The position numbers were made by a program, and so were the translations under genes. Of a stretch of DNA of 14,623 nucleotides, positions 1-7,403 are shown in pieces. Source of the DNA: Histomonas meleagridis 2922-C6/04-290x (lineage: Eukaryota; Protista; Parabasalia); assembly GCA_020184695.1 (NCBI GenBank), contig JAANOX010000210.1, forward strand, positions 1 to 14,623. Reading direction: 5' to 3'. The notes beneath the pieces were generated by a model, which worked only from the letters and a program-made list of their open reading frames with translations, was not told the DNA's origin and did no database searches. Position 1 is the first letter of the stretch. Every line of letters starts with the position of its first letter.

Positions 1-243
1 TTTTGCAAAAATGATATTTTACAACAATTTTGAGCTCCGACTTTTCCATTAAATTTTGTGGTGGAAAAAGTGACGATTTTGAATGGGGGAAAAAAATTCA
101 ATCACTTATATTTCAATATGTAAATAAAATTTTTAAAAAATATTTAAACATGCATTATAGTTTTTATTTATATATAATTTATTTTTCTAGATCAAGAGGA
201 TATCAAGAAAAGGGGGTGGGGTCAGGACTTTTTGCACCCCCTA
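1..243. mobile_element. Candidate terminus of a DNA transposon or other inserted element (other end outside the window)
   Basis: BspA LRR homology on the minus strand stops abruptly at about 244 and is followed by TAGGGGGTGCAAAAAGTCCTGACCCCACCCCCT, a GC-rich block. It contains a perfect 8-bp inverted repeat (AGGGGGTG 211-218 / CACCCCCT 235-242). Short subterminal repeats are present (ATCAAGA at 191 and 202; GACTTTT at 39 and 226). No transposase and no second end are visible. Confidence 0.35.
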
Positions 244-727
244 TATATTTGCTAATGATTTGCAATTACAAAATGCACTATCACATATTGTAATAATTGA
301 AGATGGAATTGTAATATTTGCTAACGAGCTACCTTGATTAAATACGTAGCTTTTAATTTCTTTAACAGAAGGTAGAATCATTACATATTAATGATGTACA
401 ACCTGAAAATGCCCATTCTTCAATTGTTGTTAAATTTTTCCCAAAGATTACCATAGACAATGAATTACATTCATAAAAAGCTTTTGTACTAATTTTCTTT
501 ACATTATCTCCAATATCAACAGATGATAATAATTTCTAACCAGAGAATGCATTTTCCGGAATTTCACTTACTGTTCCGTTAATGATAATTCGGGCTATAT
601 TATCTTTGTATGAACTTGCTTCAGCAAACCCAGTGGAATTAGAAATTACAAATTTAAAACAATTAATTGTGCATACCAATAAATTTAATATCAACAAAAA
701 AATGAACTTGTATGTGTCAAAAAACAT
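244..727 (-). pseudogene. BspA-like (TpLRR/LRR_5) leucine-rich repeat pseudogene
   Basis: Manual minus-strand translation reads RIIINGTVSEIPENAFSG*KLLSSVDIGDNVKKISTKAFYECNSLSMVIFGKNLTTIEEWAFSGCTSL, then after a frameshift VMILPSVKEIKSYVFNQGSSLANITIPSSIITICDSAFCNCKSLANI. That is about five 23-aa repeats of the LxxIxIPxxVxxIgxxAFxxCxxL type, with a TAG at 536-538 and a frameshift near 385. Weaker, more decayed similarity may extend to about 900. Confidence 0.8.
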
Positions 728-1080
728 CAGCTCTTAAACATTTCAAATGAAAATCGATAAAATTGAATAATAAAAGTTCAAAAGCTTGATGAAACAATCT
801 AAAATGGTTTTTTAGAGGACGGATTCCAAAGAACTCATTTTGTGTAAGACGAAGCTTTTCAATATTTAATTTATTCTCAAACATATATCCAAATCTTTCC
901 ATGTTTCTATGGAATATTTAAAGGACAACGTATAACTTTTCTAGTAAAAACAAATGGAGTCAGAGTGATATCAATTCGAACCCGAAACAAATTTTCGATA
1001 ACAAATGAAAACGCATTTTTGGTCACATTTCTCATATTAAAAACAATTTTGTAACATATGTTTTACATATTTTAGATATA

Positions 1081-2334
1081 TTATTTGGTTTTGCTGATAT
1101 TTTCGTTCTTTGGTGGTGGTACATCTTCGATATCCTCTATCGATAGCAGCTCTTCGTCTTTTTCGAGCTTGTCGCGATCTTCTTCGTTTAACTCCGCGTT
1201 GTCAACTTCTTCTTTGATCTTCTTCCTCATGTACAAGTACAACAAAACAATCGCAACGCATAACAACATGAACGAGAACGAAGAGGCGTTCATTTCGAAG
1301 TGAACAAGCGACGTATCCCATGTCGGGTGGCCGATCCAACAGATGTCAGAATTGAGATTATTTGTGAAAGTGAGATTCGGGTTTGGCTCGCTTAATTGGT
1401 TCGTATGGGTGACGTTAGCGAAAAGTTTGGGGTCATTGACGTAACATGCATCAAGTGTGATTATCGAATTTGTCAATGATACATTCTCAGATTGAACATT
1501 GACAAACAAAACCATGACTATAAGGGCTTTAGAGTCTTCGAATGATATCAAATTACCGGAAAAATTAGAGTCGGTTATGATCGAATCATGAAATATTAGA
1601 GTTGTTTCTTTGACTGAAAAGAGTGAGTTTGTGGAAACGTTATGGACTGTGAGGTAATAGATTTCAGAGGTATAGGATGATAAATCAAAGAGTGTTGATG
1701 GAGTTCGATTTGTTACATTAATTTTCGTAATGAGAGATTTAAGACTTGAGACTCGATTGGCAAACTCTCCGTCACCACCAGAGGACACTTGAATATCAGA
1801 TATGTGACAGTGATAATTGGCATAAATTGCCATATCATTTATTGGTGATGTGGATTCTTCAAAACATATGTAATCAATTCTTATTCTAAACATGTCGGCA
1901 TAGATAGAACCGCCTTCTTGAGGAGAGGTACAATTAATGAAGCCAGAACAATTAATATTTAAATACGAATTTTGAACATTAGAGACAAAATAAATGGCTC
2001 CTCCACCAGTGTCTCTATTTGTGCAATTAATGAAGAGACAACGAGAAATTATTGTGGTTTGGTTGTTGTTTATTGATAATGTTTCGTTATAACTAAGCTT
2101 ATAATATTGAATACTTTCAGAATCAACCTTAATTGGAGAACTTAAGAAGTTTTTGAAGTCCGATGAATAAATAGAAAGTGTTTTATAATTTGATAGATAC
2201 AATACATTTGTTAAAGAATTTGATAATTTCATTTTATCAAGATGAATGGTTGAAGCCCGTTGTGAAATCATGGGGGAACCTCCTAAAATTGAATTTAGAA
2301 TTAAAGATGATACTGTGAGGTTCGAAAAAAACAT
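1081..2334 (-). CDS. Pmp-like (GGAI/FxxC repeat, right-handed beta-helix type) single-pass surface membrane protein, about 417 aa
   Basis: The ORF-track start at 2352 is TTG; the first ATG at 2334 lies just downstream of a TCATTC Inr. Motifs LFINCT..TGGGAIY and GFINCT..EGGSIY match chlamydial-Pmp-like repeats known in trichomonads. The ectodomain is S/N/T-rich, the TM helix is FSFMLLCVAIVLLYLYM, and the acidic tail carries DEELL. Confidence 0.75.
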   Translation of the reverse strand: MFFSNLTVSSLILNSILGGSPMISQRASTIHLDKMKLSNSLTNVLYLSNYKTLSIYSSDFKNFLSSPIKVDSESIQYYKLSYNETLSINNNQTTIISRCLFINCTNRDTGGGAIYFVSNVQNSYLNINCSGFINCTSPQEGGSIYADMFRIRIDYICFEESTSPINDMAIYANYHCHISDIQVSSGGDGEFANRVSSLKSLITKINVTNRTPSTLFDLSSYTSEIYYLTVHNVSTNSLFSVKETTLIFHDSIITDSNFSGNLISFEDSKALIVMVLFVNVQSENVSLTNSIITLDACYVNDPKLFANVTHTNQLSEPNPNLTFTNNLNSDICWIGHPTWDTSLVHFEMNASSFSFMLLCVAIVLLYLYMRKKIKEEVDNAELNEEDRDKLEKDEELLSIEDIEDVPPPKNENISKTK

Positions 2335-2337
2335 TGT

Positions 2338-2343
2338 GAATGA
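2338..2343 (-). promoter_or_regulatory. Trichomonad initiator (Inr) element TCATTC
   Basis: The minus strand reads GAATCATTCACA-ATG, matching the TCAY(T/A) Inr consensus just upstream of the ATG at 2334. Confidence 0.7.
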
Positions 2344-2507
2344 TTCATTCAATTATCGAACGCTTTCAAAACGGCAAACAGAGATTGTCAATTCAATAAA
2401 TGAAAATTGAATGTATGCCTTTTGCACTTTTGTTTACAACGAGAAAATTTTGGTTTTGGAATTTTGTTATTTCTTTTATGTAGAAAGAAAATTTATATTA
2501 AAATCTT

Positions 2508-3161
2508 TTATTGATCATAGTCTTTCATAATTGGTTTGTATAAAATCACATGCTTAAATTCAGATGCATTTTCAGGTGCGATATTTTCTGGCGATGATTT
2601 TGCTGGTTGGAATCCTAATTTATTGAAAAATCGCATTCCACTTTCATTTGCTTTATAAACAAATGTCATTAAGCAATCAACTTTTGTCTTATAAGCAAGT
2701 GCTTCTATAGCACTCATGAGAAAGGTACCAAGACCACAGCTTTGATATTTTGGTTCTATTTGTATATCGTAAATAAACAAAACAAAACTTCTTTCTTGAT
2801 CTTCAAAACGAAAATGAACAAAACCGATTGGTGAATCGTTTGATTCAGCAATGAGGTAAAGAGCATTGTCTTCGGATAGCTCATAAGATTTTGCTTCTTC
2901 ACTCCATTCATATGAAACATCATAAATTGATTTCATATTTTGAAGAGTTAATTCATTCACCCAATCAATGAAATCATATTGGCATCCTTGGTATGAGCGT
3001 ATTATTGCATCAATTCCTGATTGATTAAAAGTTTTATATTTGCTTAGATCTTCTAGCAAATTTTCTTTGCATTGAGCCTCTTGGACTAAGCTTTGAATGT
3101 GTCTGATTTTGACCGAATCTTCTTGGTATTTATTTTGTAAATCTATAGCGTTTTGATCCAT
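2508..3161 (-). CDS. NAA40: N-alpha-acetyltransferase 40 (NatD), GNAT family
   Basis: ELTLQNMKSIYDVSYEWSEEAKSYEL, ALYLIA, PIGFVHFRFE, LFIYDIQIEPKYQSCGLGTFLM and LMTFVYKANESGMRFF follow, in order, the NAA40 motifs (LTKTNM..MY, W...K.EE, AWYLIA, AFSHFRFD, LYCYEVQLE..RRKGLGKFL, VMLTVFKHN.GA.QFF). The stop reads TAAA. Confidence 0.9.
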   Translation of the reverse strand: MDQNAIDLQNKYQEDSVKIRHIQSLVQEAQCKENLLEDLSKYKTFNQSGIDAIIRSYQGCQYDFIDWVNELTLQNMKSIYDVSYEWSEEAKSYELSEDNALYLIAESNDSPIGFVHFRFEDQERSFVLFIYDIQIEPKYQSCGLGTFLMSAIEALAYKTKVDCLMTFVYKANESGMRFFNKLGFQPAKSSPENIAPENASEFKHVILYKPIMKDYDQ

Positions 3162-3262
3162 CTTTAGTAAAAAACGTTAAATAAAATTAATGTATGAAAA
3201 AATGCGTCTCTAAAATGACAAAAAATTTCTGGCACTGTAATTGGCTAGAACGTTATTGGCAA
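3162..3262. promoter_or_regulatory. Short bidirectional promoter between NAA40 and the SPAG17-like gene
   Basis: The head-to-head ATGs (3161 and the probable 3263) are about 100 nt apart. An AACGTT palindrome lies close to each ATG (3173-3178 and 3249-3254). Confidence 0.55.
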
Positions 3263-6200
3263 ATGCTAGATCAAGAGAGAATTAACACAGTAATTGCAAC
3301 AATTGATATTGTTCAAAATGCAGTTGACCAAAATGCATTATTTTCTTATATGAAGACTAATTTGAAAAAAGATGTTTCATTCTTAAATGCTCTTGATTAT
3401 TTTGACGAAGCGAATCGTTCTATGAAATCCGACAGAAAGAATTCTAAATCTACGCAAGACATTGATTATTATCTTTCACTATGCTTGAAACAAAAAATTG
3501 ATCAAGATATTTCCAAATATATTGAAACAAAAAAGAAAATTTTAGCAGCAGCCGAAAAACAAAAATCAAACGCAACTAAAGTAAAGCAAAATGCACGTGT
3601 AAATACAGATCAATCTCATTTTGATGGAAGAATTGATCTATTATACATCATTTTAAATTATCCTTATTTACCTAAACAGCTTCAAACGCTTCAAGAAAAT
3701 GATGTTGATCTCAATACATTTATTTCTATTGTCCCAAAAGAAGGAACAATAAATCCAAGTGAAGAAGTTGTAACAAATAACAAAAAAAATGACAAAGTTC
3801 CATCCAAAAAAGGAGTTATTTCTGGCTCAGAACTTGATTTTATTTATCATCCTAATGCAAATCCACCACTTCGTTGGGTCTCATTAAAAGATTCTTCATC
3901 ACCACATATTGCTTTTATTGAAGTCAAAGCTGGTGATGAGGTTTCCAGCACGTTTAAATCATTAGAAACTGAGCTTATTAACCTATCAAAATATCGAGTT
4001 GAATATAATACAATATTTAATGACAAAAAATTTATACATATCCCAACAGCAAAAAACAAATTTCCCACTGACAAATTCAAAAGTTATCTTAATGAAAGCA
4101 GTGACAATTTTGTAGATGCGATTTATTATCAATTAAAAGCCGTCAACTTTACCAATGAAAATCAACAAGACGATCAACCTGATGAAGAATATTCTAAAAT
4201 CTTTCGTCAAGGTAAGAAAGAAATCAATCGAAAAGTTGTTTTATCGCAAGGTTTTTTCATGTCCTATTTTCCACATACTGTTCCATATGATTTACATCAA
4301 TTATTATATTGTTTAATTAAATGGAAATTACCACCAAAAGACTCATTACTAACGACGACATTAGCCCAGTTTTTGACGAAACCCGAAAATTATTATGCAT
4401 ATGCAGGACAACAATTTGATAATTTAGTAATGTCGGCAAATAAGAAATATCAACTTGGATTACCGATGACATTTTTTGATTGGCAACAATGGACTTATCA
4501 ATCGGAATATTTAACGGCGGAAGTATTAAATAATTCGATTCATAACTATGAACTTATTGAAACATACTTTGATAAATCTGTTGGATTACTTTATGTTCTT
4601 TCATTACCACCTATTTCGAAGAGCATTAGTAATACTATTCCAAAATATTTTATGCCACAAACTATTGATGGTATTACTGAATATATTAAATATAACAATG
4701 AAATTAATAATAATAACAATAAAAAACAAAACAAAAATAATATATCTCCTGCAAATGTTAAACATAATTCACTTGATTTTAATTTATTATTACCACAATT
4801 ATCTCAAAGAATTAAAACCTCGGAAAAGTTTTATAAATTACCTTTAAAGACATCAAACACTTCATTTTTTTCTACATCTTATTATCTAAATGATAATTTG
4901 AAAGTTATATTAAAAAGGGATTTAGTTAATGAACAAATCCAATTCCAATATTCAGCGATATTAAATAATTTATTTGAAATTCGTGGTCGTTCTAATTCGA
5001 TAATTATATTACCTATTGAAGAAATTCGTATAATGATAGATTTCCCTTATAGTATTACCATATTATTTCATAATCAAACGATACAATTCCATCAACAAAA
5101 TTTATATTTAAAAGCTAATGATGAACAAATAAATGTTATAACTAAAGAAGGCGCTTTTATTACGAATCAAAAAGATGATCATAAAGTAATAGTTCGCTCA
5201 AATGGTACCATTTGTCATCATAAAAAAGATCAATGGTATTATGTTGATAAAGACAGTAATATGTTTATACAAACTAAAGAAGGTGTAAAATATGTTGAAA
5301 CTAAACATGCCGAAGTATTTGACTTTATAGAGAACGCCAAATCAGTTATCAGGCCTGATGAAATCGAATATTATATTAAAAACGATGGAAGTCGACGAAT
5401 ATTACTTAATCATGAATGTTCTATCGAACAATCCATAGATTTATTATCATATGATATTATTAACTTCCCAATCATCTATAAGAATCGAGAAGGATTTGTA
5501 TTATCTATTGATCAATTCGAAATGCAATTTTCGGATAAATATTCACAAATTAAATGTAATGATTATTCCATTGAAATAACAGAAAATAGTGTCGAATTCG
5601 ATACTTGTACATCACAAATGTATATAAGTGTTAATCATTGTGAATTTAAATCAAACAATAACGTGTTGATTGCTGATTCTAATGGCGTTGAAGCTATGTG
5701 TGAAATCGATGTCGAAATTCCAAATAAAAAGAAATTAACAGTATATAATACACATTGGGGAAAAGGTTTACCGATAAAAAATAATTTGGTCGAACAAGAA
5801 CAAGTTAATTTACATAAGGCGTTCTTGCCACATTTCTTCGTGGTGAATTCCGATTTACGTGTAACAGAATTTTTGCGTCCTGATACAATAGAAGTCGAAG
5901 GGCCAACAAAATATGTAGACACAATAATGCATCCAACTGGTTCTTTATGTAAAATAATATCTTTACATAACGAAAATAATGAACCACTCGCATTCATAGA
6001 AAATAAACCAATAACAAAACAAGAAAGAACAAACTTAATGAAATTAATTCATATACCAAAACCTAAAAAAGGTACCGTAATTACAAAGGAAAAAGAAGCG
6101 GAAAATAGAAAATTGGCTGAATCTGTATTTCAAAAGTTTTTAATGGACTCAAAATTATTTATTGGTTTAATAATGAAACAATTTTCGAGAAATCAGGATA

Positions 6201-6862
6201 AGTTCTTCGATGAAAATAGACCTTCGACTGTCCCTGCAGAAGAAAAAACATTTTTACCTCCTCATACACCTTCCCCAAGGATTTTAGAAGCTCAAGCAAA
6301 TCTTCGTTCTATGAAAGTCGCTGATTTGCGTGATAAGCAGGTATTAAATTATTGGAAAAGTAAAGAAGCTGAATTTGCAGTACCTATAGAACATCCTTCG
6401 ACTTTGTCAAGGCCGATTTCGCCAAGGGTGGCCCTAAATGACCCTCCAAGGGGCACCACAAAAATGGACCCGCCCCCGGTCTATCGTCCGGAGACGTTTA
6501 AGCCGGTGATTAAAACTCCTATCGTCACTAAACGGGCACCGCCCAAAGAACAAAAAAAGCCTTTAACTGTTAAAACAACTCCTGAAGTTGTTAACTTCGG
6601 AAATATAAGACAAAATATGTCTGCTAGTACAAAACTAACGTTAACAAACCTTGGCGCTACACCTTTGCATTTCTCTGTATCACAGCCAAGTAATGAATTT
6701 GTGAAAGTTTTGGCTCTTCCTGGAGTAGTATATCCTGGATTGAAGATGACTTTGAAAATCTCCTTGATGCCAGCTCCGAAACAGAAAATATCGACATCAT
6801 TTCAATTGAAGACGAATTTGTATGATATCACAGTTCCCGTTTTTGTAAATATTACATCGTAA
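3263..6862 (+). CDS. SPAG17/PF6-like flagellar central-apparatus protein with C-terminal PapD-like/ASH Ig domain, about 1199 aa
   Basis: The long ORF is clearly coding. The ORF-track extension from 3194 (MKKCVSKMTKNFWHCNWLERYWQ) looks non-native, so ATG 3263 (MLDQERI) is preferred. The C-terminus VVNFGNI..TKLTLTNLGATPLHFSV..PGVVYPGLKMTLKISL is a flagellar PapD-like/ASH fold. FLPHFFVVNSDLRVTEFLR resembles the SPAG17 PRFFV..DGSG.ELLR motif, and LLYIILNYPY..QL..L resembles the SPAG17 N-terminal YII.GF motif. The family call rests on recalled motifs. Confidence 0.65.
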   Translation: MLDQERINTVIATIDIVQNAVDQNALFSYMKTNLKKDVSFLNALDYFDEANRSMKSDRKNSKSTQDIDYYLSLCLKQKIDQDISKYIETKKKILAAAEKQKSNATKVKQNARVNTDQSHFDGRIDLLYIILNYPYLPKQLQTLQENDVDLNTFISIVPKEGTINPSEEVVTNNKKNDKVPSKKGVISGSELDFIYHPNANPPLRWVSLKDSSSPHIAFIEVKAGDEVSSTFKSLETELINLSKYRVEYNTIFNDKKFIHIPTAKNKFPTDKFKSYLNESSDNFVDAIYYQLKAVNFTNENQQDDQPDEEYSKIFRQGKKEINRKVVLSQGFFMSYFPHTVPYDLHQLLYCLIKWKLPPKDSLLTTTLAQFLTKPENYYAYAGQQFDNLVMSANKKYQLGLPMTFFDWQQWTYQSEYLTAEVLNNSIHNYELIETYFDKSVGLLYVLSLPPISKSISNTIPKYFMPQTIDGITEYIKYNNEINNNNNKKQNKNNISPANVKHNSLDFNLLLPQLSQRIKTSEKFYKLPLKTSNTSFFSTSYYLNDNLKVILKRDLVNEQIQFQYSAILNNLFEIRGRSNSIIILPIEEIRIMIDFPYSITILFHNQTIQFHQQNLYLKANDEQINVITKEGAFITNQKDDHKVIVRSNGTICHHKKDQWYYVDKDSNMFIQTKEGVKYVETKHAEVFDFIENAKSVIRPDEIEYYIKNDGSRRILLNHECSIEQSIDLLSYDIINFPIIYKNREGFVLSIDQFEMQFSDKYSQIKCNDYSIEITENSVEFDTCTSQMYISVNHCEFKSNNNVLIADSNGVEAMCEIDVEIPNKKKLTVYNTHWGKGLPIKNNLVEQEQVNLHKAFLPHFFVVNSDLRVTEFLRPDTIEVEGPTKYVDTIMHPTGSLCKIISLHNENNEPLAFIENKPITKQERTNLMKLIHIPKPKKGTVITKEKEAENRKLAESVFQKFLMDSKLFIGLIMKQFSRNQDKFFDENRPSTVPAEEKTFLPPHTPSPRILEAQANLRSMKVADLRDKQVLNYWKSKEAEFAVPIEHPSTLSRPISPRVALNDPPRGTTKMDPPPVYRPETFKPVIKTPIVTKRAPPKEQKKPLTVKTTPEVVNFGNIRQNMSASTKLTLTNLGATPLHFSVSQPSNEFVKVLALPGVVYPGLKMTLKISLMPAPKQKISTSFQLKTNLYDITVPVFVNITS

Positions 6863-7403
6863 ATAAATTTGCGAATAATGTATCTTAATTTATATTTTAT
6901 AAAATATGTTGAGAATATGTATTCATTCGCTTTTGATCTTTTTTAATTAAAATGATGAAACTTTCATTTTGGTGTTTGCTACTGTATAAAGGTACATCCA
7001 AATGTAAGTATATAATGATTATGCGCTTGAAAATTATATATGCAAAATTAGCTCAACTGTTAATATTTCGAAATAATTAATGGAAAATATTACATACATT
7101 TAACACGGCACCCATAATAGCATCTTTAAAAGATAATTGAAGTTCAACATTTACATTCAATAAACAGTCAAATGGGAATTGTTAAGCATATTGTTGCATA
7201 AATTCATCGAATTTGTTTTATTTTTAATGATAACTTCTCAAATTTGATAATAATGCTATTGTAAAGATGAAAAGATTCCTTTTTTTGAATGTAAATCATC
7301 AAATAAATATATATCAAAAATAAAATCGCTACAAGATGAAATGTAAACAAATTCAATCATTTGCAATAAATTTATTTAATGAAAAAAATGTATAACAAAC
7401 AAA

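Noticed and set aside
30-293. 87-aa plus-strand ORF
   Set aside because: Non-ATG start and biased F/Y/I composition; it straddles the candidate element end and the antisense of the LRR remnant.
1085-1303. Ser-rich antisense ORF
   Set aside because: Shadow of the Glu/Asp-rich tail of the Pmp-like gene.
3194-3262. N-terminal extension of the long ORF
   Set aside because: W/C-rich composition unlike the rest of the protein; it would leave only 32 nt between divergent ATGs. Kept only as an alternative start.
3847-5997. Short ORFs nested in the SPAG17-like gene (3847-4080, 4548-4847, 5635-5997, 5805-5993)
   Set aside because: Alternate-frame or antisense shadows with no recognisable motifs.
6900-7400. 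Possible F5/8-type-domain remnant (KGIFSSL, LQLSFKD) on the minus strand
   Set aside because: Too few and too short matches in very AT-rich sequence.
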